In this document: one piece after another, positions 53,211 to 62,378 of the stretch | Position numbering within the stretch: the first letter of the stretch is position 1 | Layout: each line of letters starts with the position of its first letter | Source: a virus | Lineage: Duplodnaviria; Caudoviricetes | Strand: one strand, 5' to 3' | Virus record (IMG/VR): IMGVR_UViG_3300027769_000026 | Span: 17,367-81,366 of that record | Length of the DNA: 64,000 bases | Notes under the pieces: model-generated | The model's database searches: none | What the model saw: the letters and a program-made list of their open reading frames with translations, nothing else | What the model was told of the DNA's origin: nothing | Translations under genes and position numbers: made by a program

Positions 53211-54239
53211 ATGGCTTACGACATAAACAAAAGCGATGGCACTCTACTAGTAACTATTCCAGACGGAGATCTAGACACTAGTACGTCTATCAAGCTACTA
53301 GGTAAGAATTTTGCCGGCTACGGTGAAATTGTTGCTGAAGACTTGGTGCACATGCTGGAAAATTTTAGCTCTGCATCAGCACCCGGAAATCCAATTGCTG
53401 GACAGCTATGGTTTAATCCATCAACCAATAGAATTTCTGTTTACGATTCTCAAGGTAACTGGAAAGAATTGGCCCAACTGGTTGCACAACTCACCCAGCC
53501 GACTGGAAATACACGTAGAGTTGGTGATTTTTGGTATCAAACTGATATCAAGCAACTGTGGATCTGGGACGGTCAGAAACATCAGCCAGTAGGATTTCCA
53601 AGCGGCGCTACAACAATTAAATTTGTACGCATCAAAGATATAGATTCCATACTGCATGATGCTATCAAGGTGATCATGAGCAGCGAATTGATGGCTATCT
53701 TTTCAGGCGAAGGACCATATACTCCTCATCCAGATGAAAAGTTAGAAGACGGTGTTGGCCTGTTGACTAGCGAATTTCCACAAATTGGAAAAGGTCTACA
53801 ACTAACAAATCGCTCAGGCTTCAAATTCCGTGGTATTGCTGTTGAAGCAGAGTTTGCTGACTTGGCAGAAATGTATCGCAGTGATAAAAATTACATGGCA
53901 GGCACACTGATCAAGATTGGCGGAGAGTCAGAAGTAACAGTAGTAAGCACAGACGCTGATGCTGATGTGTTTGGTGTTGTATCTACTAATCCAGCACTTT
54001 TGATTGGTAGCAGGATTGGTCATGACGAAACCAGAGTACCTGTTGCACTAAAAGGTCGTGTACCTGTGCGTGTGATTGGTGAAGTTAAAAAAGGTGACAA
54101 GCTGGTATCTAGCGAACTTGCAGGCGTTGCACGTTCAATGAAAAAAGGTGATGATCCGTATGCTGTATTTGGTAGAGCATTAGGAAACAAAGAATCATCT
54201 GGAGAAGGTACGGTTGAAGCAACTATTGGAGTTAGGTAA
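53211..54239 (+). CDS. Baseplate-attached short fibre with C-terminal autocleaving chaperone-like domain (Peptidase_G2/IMC-like)
   Basis: N-terminal MAY.I.K.DG...G.GKN..GYG....E.L..MLENF....P.NPI.GQLW; C-terminal ADLAE.Y.....GT....G...V.GVVST.PA...VAL.GRVPV.V.G....GD.L. Confidence 0.7.
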   Translation: MAYDINKSDGTLLVTIPDGDLDTSTSIKLLGKNFAGYGEIVAEDLVHMLENFSSASAPGNPIAGQLWFNPSTNRISVYDSQGNWKELAQLVAQLTQPTGNTRRVGDFWYQTDIKQLWIWDGQKHQPVGFPSGATTIKFVRIKDIDSILHDAIKVIMSSELMAIFSGEGPYTPHPDEKLEDGVGLLTSEFPQIGKGLQLTNRSGFKFRGIAVEAEFADLAEMYRSDKNYMAGTLIKIGGESEVTVVSTDADADVFGVVSTNPALLIGSRIGHDETRVPVALKGRVPVRVIGEVKKGDKLVSSELAGVARSMKKGDDPYAVFGRALGNKESSGEGTVEATIGVR

Positions 54240-54241
54240 TT

Positions 54242-55264
54242 ATGGCGCTAAAAGGCGACAAAATCCTAGCTCAGTTACACGATGACGCTAGGCTAAAAGT
54301 AGACAAGGTTTACGCGGACCTTTTTCGCAATCAAGGTCCCAGCACGAGCCCGGCTGTACAAAATAATCTACGATATGGCTGGGGTGGCGGCAACACAACA
54401 AACAAAGACGTGGGTGACAAAATCACCGCAGGATCTTTCAACCAGTTAATTGATCGTCTAAACATTGCTGTAGAAAACACAGGATTAGCCAATGTTGAAT
54501 TAGATAGGCAGTTGCCTGCTAATCAAAAGATCCTCACAGCATACTATAATGCTATCAATGATTATGCCAGCAATGTGCTCACGGTTCCAAACACATTAAG
54601 CCCAGCACGTGCGTCTATACAGCAGTTAGGTGCGGCAGAAAGAACTGCTAACTGGCGTAATCAAGTCGTGTTGACATTTGATTCTGTTTTTCCTAGTTAC
54701 GATGAAGCTAGACACTTTTTCAATTCAGGTTCTACTATACGTATGGACTTTGAAATGGCAGGAAACGGCGCCGGCCAAGGCTATAGAGACTGGCAATACA
54801 TGTTCTACAGGGCCGGTATTGTATCATATGGCGTCAACGGGTTGAGTATCACTGGTGTTGCACACTACACCAATGGCAATGTTCCGTTTGTACAATTAAC
54901 CAGCGACTCTTATCAGCTGGTTGGAACAATACAAACAGGCGGATGCTATGGCGGCTATGGCGGCTATGGCGGATACGGGTGTTACGGTGGCTATGGCGGA
55001 TACGGTGGCTATGGCGGATACGGTGGCTACGGCGACCCACTTTACATACGCATATACAGCAAGCTAGTTGGAACCCAGAAAAATATAGTACGATTTCGTG
55101 CTGTGTTGGATAACACAAGCAATGCAGTTGGTGAAAAAGTTGTAAATGGAACCACCCAATGCTTTATCAGCAGACGCAAGCCAGTTGATAATTCGCGACC
55201 AAGCACTACACTGATTATCCCAGAGCCAGACCTTAACTTGATTGGTGAATTTGTAGGAACATGA
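54242..55264 (+). CDS. Virion structural protein with a (GGY)n Gly/Tyr/Cys tract
   Basis: 340 aa; F..YD.AR.FFNSG..IR; 32-aa GGY tract. Confidence 0.75.
   Translation: MALKGDKILAQLHDDARLKVDKVYADLFRNQGPSTSPAVQNNLRYGWGGGNTTNKDVGDKITAGSFNQLIDRLNIAVENTGLANVELDRQLPANQKILTAYYNAINDYASNVLTVPNTLSPARASIQQLGAAERTANWRNQVVLTFDSVFPSYDEARHFFNSGSTIRMDFEMAGNGAGQGYRDWQYMFYRAGIVSYGVNGLSITGVAHYTNGNVPFVQLTSDSYQLVGTIQTGGCYGGYGGYGGYGCYGGYGGYGGYGGYGGYGDPLYIRIYSKLVGTQKNIVRFRAVLDNTSNAVGEKVVNGTTQCFISRRKPVDNSRPSTTLIIPEPDLNLIGEFVGT
54938..55033 (+). repeat. Gly-Gly-Tyr repeat tract (32 aa: 10 Tyr, 2 Cys)
   Basis: GGCYGGYGGYGGYGCYGGYGGYGGYGGYGGYG, encoded with mixed synonymous codons. Confidence 0.95.
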
Positions 55265-55324
55265 TACTCACACGGTGATTACGTAGCGATAAATAACTGC
55301 GTATATAAATCATCGTGAGGACAC

Positions 55325-55735
55325 ATGGACCAAAGACTCAAAGAAGCCATTGAGTATAGCAACTACCGGCTAACACTCTCTACACATAAGAAAAACATAC
55401 GCCTGCGAGCTGAAGCAATACAGCTTGTGAGCGACAGCGGCGGCATGTTCCGTTCATCAGAACAGCTGATACTCTGGTTGGATTATCTTATTAGAAACGG
55501 AACAGAGCAATACGTTCTCAACGATTCCAACGATCAACCTATACTTGTCAAAGATATTCCAGCACTACACAAGAAGCTAGCAGATAGCCATGCCAAAGCA
55601 ATGAATTTGCTACATGCTGAAAACGAAAAAATCAAACGTGCTCGAACTATTGAAAAAGTAGTAGACATTCCACAAGAAGTAGAAAAAACAGAGACAATCA
55701 ATGACCAATCAGAATCCTCAAGCACAGACGCATGA
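55325..55735 (+). CDS. Hypothetical protein, first gene of the late modification operon
   Basis: 136 aa; TAAATA at 55290-95, SD GAGGA. Confidence 0.75.
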   Translation: MDQRLKEAIEYSNYRLTLSTHKKNIRLRAEAIQLVSDSGGMFRSSEQLILWLDYLIRNGTEQYVLNDSNDQPILVKDIPALHKKLADSHAKAMNLLHAENEKIKRARTIEKVVDIPQEVEKTETINDQSESSSTDA

Positions 55736-56612
55736 GGATACTGGTATCCTCATGTTTGCCTACAACAATGAGCAAATAGACTACATACGTTTGGCTTTAT
55801 TGGCAGCATTGAGTGCAAAGAAGCACATGGTGAATAACCAGGTGGCACTGATGACCGATAAAGGCACGCTGGATTGGATGCAACAGAGTCTGCCGCGTGA
55901 TCTTGTCTTGCGAGCATTTGATCACATCATTGTAGAAGATGTTGCGCACGAAAAGAATATTCGTACTCACTACGATAGTCCTTGGAATCAATTTCAAGCA
56001 CAATTCTCCAATACCAATAAGCATTCGGTGTTCCACAAAACCCCGTTCAAGAGAAGTCTGCTGATAGATGTTGACTACATCATTGGTAACAACAACCTTG
56101 ACCATATTTTTGGAACTGACGCTAGCGTTGCAATGTTTGGCGAAGCAATGGATTTGCGAGGACTTCCTCCGCATCATTATGAACAGCACTTACATCCGCT
56201 TGGTATCAAGATGTGGTGGAGCACAGCAGTATATTGGCAACAAGATGACCACGCACAATTATTCTTTGATCTGTGGGAACATGTGAAAGAGAACTATGAA
56301 TTCTACAAGTTCACCTACAAGTTTCCTGGTGCGTTATTCCGCACAGACTATGCTGTAAGTATTGCTTGTCATTTACTTGCTGGGCAAACAGGCGAGGAAT
56401 GGGCCACACGTATTTCCAATCAGCCAATGCGTTACATGGATGGCAAGGATGATCTTTCAGCCGCTGATAAAAACGGATGGTTGTTCTTGAGCAATGACCG
56501 TCACGAGAATTGGAAAAACCTTGCTGTGAGAATACAAGATGAAAATGTTCACTTCATGAACAAGCGAGGATTATTAAGACATTGGGAAAAGGCCATGGAG
56601 TCGGTATGTTGA
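55701..56612 (+). CDS. GT-A fold glycosyltransferase-like protein (GT8-like)
   Basis: GILMFAYN, FDHIIV, TPF.RSLLIDVDY (DxD), FRTDYA.SIA. Confidence 0.7.
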   Translation: MTNQNPQAQTHEDTGILMFAYNNEQIDYIRLALLAALSAKKHMVNNQVALMTDKGTLDWMQQSLPRDLVLRAFDHIIVEDVAHEKNIRTHYDSPWNQFQAQFSNTNKHSVFHKTPFKRSLLIDVDYIIGNNNLDHIFGTDASVAMFGEAMDLRGLPPHHYEQHLHPLGIKMWWSTAVYWQQDDHAQLFFDLWEHVKENYEFYKFTYKFPGALFRTDYAVSIACHLLAGQTGEEWATRISNQPMRYMDGKDDLSAADKNGWLFLSNDRHENWKNLAVRIQDENVHFMNKRGLLRHWEKAMESVC

Positions 56613-57433
56613 ACATTGCCTTTGTTATCAGTGGGGAAGAAATTAAACAGCGGTATCGAGCAGTTGAAGCCAACACACGACTGTTGCGTTTGTTAAATGA
56701 TCAGTGTGTTATTAACCTGGTACTAGGTGGATCAGCAAAAGAACTTGGCGTCAACATAAAATTGTTTGATCACATATATGAAGCCAAGCCGGATGAACAA
56801 GACAATCATGTTAGCTTTCTGGCCAAAACATTACCATTGATACAAGGCAACAATCTACTGTACCTTGATGAAAATCTTTTCTCTTTCAGTCCCATGCATG
56901 TGGCGCTGATTCGAAACATGACATCTGGCGTTTATGTTTCTAAACAAGTTTTGGATTTTAGAGGAAACATCATTGATCCAGCAACAACATGGACTGCACA
57001 GCAGTTGATGTCAAGGCACGGTTGGCCGATTGTTAGTACCAAATGTATATTTCTCAACAAAGATCAAAAATCAAAATCTTTTTTCAGAGCACTAGAGCAG
57101 TATTCTTTAGCCTGGACCAGCATTGGTGAAAATATCAGCGACGGCGCGATGAAAGAACTAACGCTAGACAACGTGATTAGTTTTGTTTGTCAAACCAATG
57201 ACGACGAATGTGTTCGTGCCAGTGCGTTGGACTATCGTGATTTTGGCAAAAGAGATTTTGCAAGAGACAACAACTGGGTGCACAAGGACTGGCATGATTG
57301 GTTAGATGTATGGTGGGTATCAAAAGGCATACCACATCTGCGCATTGAAAATTTCAGGCAACAAGGGCTAGTTTACCTGTCGGGCAATTACATAGAAAAG
57401 GTAGAAGCATGGCTAGAAAAAATAAGTCCGTAA
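56606..57433 (+). CDS. Degenerate GT-A-like protein
   Basis: FDHIY..., LLYLDEN at the DxD position; SD GGAG before ATG 56606. Confidence 0.5.
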   Translation: MLNIAFVISGEEIKQRYRAVEANTRLLRLLNDQCVINLVLGGSAKELGVNIKLFDHIYEAKPDEQDNHVSFLAKTLPLIQGNNLLYLDENLFSFSPMHVALIRNMTSGVYVSKQVLDFRGNIIDPATTWTAQQLMSRHGWPIVSTKCIFLNKDQKSKSFFRALEQYSLAWTSIGENISDGAMKELTLDNVISFVCQTNDDECVRASALDYRDFGKRDFARDNNWVHKDWHDWLDVWWVSKGIPHLRIENFRQQGLVYLSGNYIEKVEAWLEKISP

Positions 57434-58422
57434 ACGAGGACATAGATATTTCTTTTCTATTTCAACCGCGGCGCCAAGTTGAACAGTTCAGTGTGTGGTA
57501 CGACAGTGTCACCGGCAAGATAACAGGAATTGCTCCGCACTTGTCCAGCGACACTGGCAATTTCATTGTGTCTGAATCTGCTGTGTGCATTGAACTTCTA
57601 AGCGGTGAGGTTGCGCTCAAGGAATACCTAGTTGGATATGATCCAGAACAAGAAACCAAGCGCCTTATGCACATTACCGAATGGGGTAACCTGCTAGGTG
57701 AAAAGCACGAACTTCAAACCATTGACTTTGTAACAGAACACGACATCTCCAGCCAGTTTGCAATCAGCTTTTATAAGAATCAAAAGAAATGCGAGTTGAT
57801 AGTGAATCACGATGCCTTTATCAACATGTTTCGCAGAGGCAACGAAGATCAGATTGCACACAGCCAGCGACAACAGATTAACTTTTTTGTTAGAGACAAA
57901 AACACAGGCTACTTGTTGGCCAAGCATTTATTTGAGTTTGATATTACAAATGACAAAATCATGGAAGAAGAAGCCGAGTGGTTGTCAGACTATAATCTAG
58001 ATGAAATAGAAGTCATAAGCCACAAAAATTTCTGCACCTACTCATGGACCTGGCAAGAAAATCAAATTGATCGCGTGGTACGTGTAAATCGCACTCGTGT
58101 AATTCCTGCGTCAAGATCCGAAGACTATGCGCATCTCAACTTTCGCATGCAAGATCAAGTGCTAATATGTGACAGCACCATAAGTGATCCTGCCAACTAC
58201 AACATACAATCAAACATAAAAATTTGGATCACCCAACGCGAGCACCCAGATGCATTGGTTGGAAACATTGATATTCCAATCAATATGATTGCAAATAAAA
58301 AGTCTTTCAGGATTGATACCGGTCATCTAAAAGGATTAGACTTTGATAATCTTGACTTTTTGTCAAATAACCAGTATATTACAATATACATGAAGGATTC
58401 TGAGTATGCCAACACCTATTAA
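57409..58422 (+). CDS. Hypothetical protein (acidic, beta-rich) in the modification operon
   Basis: 337-aa ORF overlapping both neighbours. Confidence 0.7.
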   Translation: MARKNKSVNEDIDISFLFQPRRQVEQFSVWYDSVTGKITGIAPHLSSDTGNFIVSESAVCIELLSGEVALKEYLVGYDPEQETKRLMHITEWGNLLGEKHELQTIDFVTEHDISSQFAISFYKNQKKCELIVNHDAFINMFRRGNEDQIAHSQRQQINFFVRDKNTGYLLAKHLFEFDITNDKIMEEEAEWLSDYNLDEIEVISHKNFCTYSWTWQENQIDRVVRVNRTRVIPASRSEDYAHLNFRMQDQVLICDSTISDPANYNIQSNIKIWITQREHPDALVGNIDIPINMIANKKSFRIDTGHLKGLDFDNLDFLSNNQYITIYMKDSEYANTY

Positions 58423-59383
58423 CGAATTTGACATTGTGTTTATCAGCTATGACGAACCTAATGCTGATGCCAACTACGCAGACCTATTGACCAAGGCCCC
58501 CTGGGCCAAGCGCAGTCATGGTGTCAAAGGCAGTGATGCATGCCACAAGGCCGCAGCCGCACTGAGTGAAACCGATCGCTTTGTCACAGTGGATGCAGAC
58601 AATGTGGTCTGGGATGACTTTTTCAATATCGAACTAGACATGAGCAGGGTTGGTCCGACTGATGTGATCAGTTGGGCTGGTAAGAATGCAGTCAATGGTC
58701 TTATCTATGGCAATGGCGGAATTAAACTTTGGCCAAAGAGTGTGGTCATGAGCATGAAAACACACGAAGCTGCCGAAGCCGCTAGTGCACAAGTGGACTT
58801 TTGTTGGGACATACACTATCATCAAATGAACAATGTGTACTGCTGGACCTACAACAATGGCAGCGCATATCAGGCCTTCCGTGCGGGTTTTCGAGAAGGT
58901 GTAAAAATGTGCCTGGCTGGCGGAATACCGGTGAGCTCAGGTGAACTAAGACAGCGTGTGCATCCAAAGAATCTACGCAGGCTACTAGTATGGCAAAGCG
59001 TGGGGGCCGATGCTGAAAATGGTCTGTGGGCCATGTACGGTGCCCGACTTGGTACCATGCGTACCTTGTTTGACCGGTCATTCAATTACGTTGACGTTCG
59101 AGACTTTGATTGGCATGACAAACATTGGACTGAAGTAGTACAACCCATGTTTGATGCTGACAGCAGAGACATGTGTAAAGCAACAGGATGGACATACAAT
59201 AACGAATTATTGCGTAGCGAAATTCGCAAGCTGGGTACCGAACTGCGCACCAAGGCCAATCTGTCCATTGCTGAACTTGACGAAAATGGATCAAGGTTCT
59301 TCAAGGAAAGCTATATCAATCCCAATAGGCTTGGTCCAATGATCAAGGAAGATCAAGTGATCCAGGGTGTGGACGGTTTCTAA
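58406..59383 (+). CDS. GT-A fold glycosyltransferase-like protein
   Basis: FDIVFISYDEPNAD.N, RSHGVKG...CH..AA, FVTVDADN (DxD), YGNGG.KLWP, AFRAGFREG.K. Confidence 0.7.
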   Translation: MPTPINEFDIVFISYDEPNADANYADLLTKAPWAKRSHGVKGSDACHKAAAALSETDRFVTVDADNVVWDDFFNIELDMSRVGPTDVISWAGKNAVNGLIYGNGGIKLWPKSVVMSMKTHEAAEAASAQVDFCWDIHYHQMNNVYCWTYNNGSAYQAFRAGFREGVKMCLAGGIPVSSGELRQRVHPKNLRRLLVWQSVGADAENGLWAMYGARLGTMRTLFDRSFNYVDVRDFDWHDKHWTEVVQPMFDADSRDMCKATGWTYNNELLRSEIRKLGTELRTKANLSIAELDENGSRFFKESYINPNRLGPMIKEDQVIQGVDGF

Positions 59384-60069
59384 TGTATGATGTATTCTTC
59401 ATCAGCTACGATGAACCCAATGCCGATGAGAATTGGCAACGTCTACTGAAATTTGCACCTGCCGCAAGAAGAATACATGGAATTACAGGTATACTGCAAG
59501 CACATCAAGTGGCAGCAACACAAAGCTCGACCAGTTCTTTCTTTGTGGTAGATGGTGATGCTTGGATTCATGACGATTGGAATTTTACCGCTGAGTGGTT
59601 TGACGATGTGTATTTTCCTTATCCTTACAGTAACAAAACAGTCGCTGACTGTGTGTTTGTTTGGAGTAGCGTCAATCCCTACAACGGATTAAGGTACGGC
59701 AACGGCGGTCTCAAGCTATTGCCCAAACAGTTGACTTTGGCTCACCTAGGTTCTGTGGATGTGACCACAGGTGTATCTTCTTGTATCATGCCTCTTGATT
59801 GGGTAGCATGTGAAAACAGATTTGCTACCAGTAACTGGACCGCATGGAGAGGTGCCTTTAGAGAATGTGCAAAGCTATCGCATGGCAGTGTCACAATATC
59901 GGAAGAAAAACTAAACACCTGGACCACAACTGCTACAGGCGAATACAGCAAGGCAATACTTGCAGGCGCCAATGCAGGAAAAGAATACGGACTAAGCAAT
60001 AGTCCGATTGAAATGATCAATGATTATGCATGGCTACGAGAACGATATGAACAAACATTTCAGCAATGA
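59383..60069 (+). CDS. GT-A fold glycosyltransferase-like protein, paralog of 58406-59383
   Basis: YDVFFISYDEPNADEN, RIHG..GI..AH, FVVDGD, YGNGGLKL.P, AWRGAFREC.K. Confidence 0.7.
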   Translation: MYDVFFISYDEPNADENWQRLLKFAPAARRIHGITGILQAHQVAATQSSTSSFFVVDGDAWIHDDWNFTAEWFDDVYFPYPYSNKTVADCVFVWSSVNPYNGLRYGNGGLKLLPKQLTLAHLGSVDVTTGVSSCIMPLDWVACENRFATSNWTAWRGAFRECAKLSHGSVTISEEKLNTWTTTATGEYSKAILAGANAGKEYGLSNSPIEMINDYAWLRERYEQTFQQ

Positions 60070-60685
60070 AAGCATACTGTGGATTGCTGATACACTTAGG
60101 CAATTTCCAGATAAAACACAGCGCATACTAGATTGCTTCTGGCGCGGTCAGATTGAAAGCAAGTCCTGGCTGGTTGATCAGCTCAATGATCTATTGCTTA
60201 AAGGCCCAGATCCACAAGTGATACATATCTTTGGCGGATGGTATGGCTCTCTCGCTGTGATGCTGTTTGATTCAGCTACATTTCCCATCAAGTTCATACG
60301 TAGCATTGACATTGATCCAGCGTGTGAGCCCATAGCAGATCACATGAACAAGTATCATGAGATGAATCAGTGGAGATTCAAAGCATTTACTTCCAGCATG
60401 GACGAATGGCAGTATGATCATGCTCCTAGCATGGTTATCAACACCAGCTGTGAACATGTTGATCAAGATACATACGATACATGGTTTGATCGTGTTCCTG
60501 CAGGAACACTGGTTGTATTACAAGGAAATGATTTCTTTTCATGTGAAGAACACATCAGATGCAGTAAAAATTTAGAAGAGTTTGAACAACAATCAAGACT
60601 CAGTGACATACTGTATGCAGGTGCTTACAAAACAGATGCCGGGAGTGGCTACACAAGATTCATGTTGATAGGAAAAAAACAATGA
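60047..60685 (+). CDS. Class I SAM-dependent methyltransferase-like protein
   Basis: IFGGWYG (motif I), SIDIDP (motif II), VINTSCEH. Confidence 0.75.
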   Translation: MNKHFSNESILWIADTLRQFPDKTQRILDCFWRGQIESKSWLVDQLNDLLLKGPDPQVIHIFGGWYGSLAVMLFDSATFPIKFIRSIDIDPACEPIADHMNKYHEMNQWRFKAFTSSMDEWQYDHAPSMVINTSCEHVDQDTYDTWFDRVPAGTLVVLQGNDFFSCEEHIRCSKNLEEFEQQSRLSDILYAGAYKTDAGSGYTRFMLIGKKQ

Positions 60686-61230
60686 GAAAAATATTGATAC
60701 TAGGGCATGGCGGCATATTAGGCAAAGCTATATTTGAAAAAATGAAAGCAGATGGACATCAAGTATCGGGACTCAGTCGCACAGATGGAAATTTTGACAT
60801 GGAGCAGGCCAATGCCAGAGAGCGTGTGGTAAATGCTCTAGATCAGTACGACACAGTGATGATCGTGGCAAATGCTGGATTCGCCAACGTGGAAATGCTA
60901 TATCGAATTTGGTCAAAATGGCGAGGCAGGAAAGACAAAACCATAGTGGTACTGGGAAGCCATATCACTGAAATGTACAGAAACTTTTCTAATCTATATC
61001 AAATACACAAAATTGCACTGGATGCAGGAGTCAAACAGTTACAGGCAAGCTCGCCTTACCCCAACATTATGCTGTTGCGTCCTGGCTGGGTAGAAGGAAC
61101 TGCAATGGGTGCAAATGTCGAAGCTGCCAAAATGTCTCCGGCCAGTGTTGCTGAAGTAATAGCGTGGACATTGAATGAAACCAACAGAGATTTTAGGATA
61201 ACCAATGTCTTATTTGAGCCTAAAAAATGA
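60682..61230 (+). CDS. Short-chain dehydrogenase/reductase-like protein
   Basis: ILILGHGGILG Rossmann motif, NAG, YQIHK (YxxxK), LRPGWV. Confidence 0.8.
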   Translation: MRKILILGHGGILGKAIFEKMKADGHQVSGLSRTDGNFDMEQANARERVVNALDQYDTVMIVANAGFANVEMLYRIWSKWRGRKDKTIVVLGSHITEMYRNFSNLYQIHKIALDAGVKQLQASSPYPNIMLLRPGWVEGTAMGANVEAAKMSPASVAEVIAWTLNETNRDFRITNVLFEPKK

Positions 61231-61732
61231 CGCTATATTTTTGTTTCGTCCACTAGATCAAACTGTGGACCTTGAAAGGCTTCGTGCTGAAACATGGAGC
61301 CTGCTGGCCGATGTTCCATTTGATGAGCGCAATCAAGTGTGCATACAAACAGGCGGTGTTGATGATTGGTACAATGGAGCAGGCGCCATGCCCGGTGGCG
61401 AAGACCTTTCAAAATTTGATGAGATGCACCCAAAGTTGAAAGGCACCTGGTGGGAATCATTTATAAAGGGCCTGCCATACAAAGTTAGTAGAACTCGCAT
61501 TGCGAGGCTGACTCCTCGTAAATGTTACAGTGTACATCATGATTTCCATCGCACACTGCATGTTGCCATACACACCAATCCAAAATCTTACTTTCTTTTT
61601 GTGAATGAACAAAGGCTAGTTCATATAGCAGACGACAGTCATATTTGGTATGTGGATACCAAACGAGTACATACTGCATTCAACGGCGGAGATGAATCAA
61701 GACTGCACCTAATGATGCGTGTGGATGACTAA
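61205..61732 (+). CDS. 2OG-Fe(II) oxygenase (Asp/Asn beta-hydroxylase-like)
   Basis: R.R...L.P..CYSVHHD (HxD), LH.AI.TN, DT...HTA.N....RLHL. Confidence 0.85.
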   Translation: MSYLSLKNDAIFLFRPLDQTVDLERLRAETWSLLADVPFDERNQVCIQTGGVDDWYNGAGAMPGGEDLSKFDEMHPKLKGTWWESFIKGLPYKVSRTRIARLTPRKCYSVHHDFHRTLHVAIHTNPKSYFLFVNEQRLVHIADDSHIWYVDTKRVHTAFNGGDESRLHLMMRVDD

Positions 61733-61760
61733 GTCATTATGTACCAACATAAATAGCTGT

Positions 61761-62378
61761 ATGAAAATAGTTACTGCATCAAGTGATACAATCGATCCGG
61801 CACTTTATAATTTGCTGGTTCGATTTGTTCAACAGATCATTGTCGACAATCCAAAAATTCCAGCAAGCAAGAACATGGGTCTTGATTCTGAAGCCGGCTT
61901 GCTTTGGAACATTGAAAATAAGAAACGCTGGACCAGCGACCGCGGCGAAATAGCCATGCTGATCAATGATCAAGACGAAGTGGTGGGTGTAAGCTGTGTG
62001 GAAAAGACCGATCAGGAATTGCTTTCTGTTGGTGGCATACGTACTTGGGTACTAAAACCCTACAGAGGTAAAAACGTAGTATCCAACATGCTGTTGGGAT
62101 CTAACCTAGAGTGGTCAGCACAGCATGACATGGCAGGCATGATGCTCACCTTCAACGACTACAACAAGTGGATCTATGATGGCATCAAGCGCAAGGTTTC
62201 TGGTAGTGCACCTGGGCTTGACAAAATCTGGAGCAACTGGTGGGATGATTGCATCGTTATCGCTCGCCCAATTAAAGTTCGATATGTTAATCAATGGTGT
62301 GTTATTAAACCAACAGGCAGACAATCCGCTGAAATACTCAAAGCAATCACGGAGGGGTTAGATGCTATCTCAGAATAA
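61761..62378 (+). CDS. GNAT-like acyltransferase
   Basis: VVGVS, R.WV..PYRGK motif-A-like, LTFNDYN; TAAATA 5 nt before ATG 61761. Confidence 0.55.
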   Translation: MKIVTASSDTIDPALYNLLVRFVQQIIVDNPKIPASKNMGLDSEAGLLWNIENKKRWTSDRGEIAMLINDQDEVVGVSCVEKTDQELLSVGGIRTWVLKPYRGKNVVSNMLLGSNLEWSAQHDMAGMMLTFNDYNKWIYDGIKRKVSGSAPGLDKIWSNWWDDCIVIARPIKVRYVNQWCVIKPTGRQSAEILKAITEGLDAISE

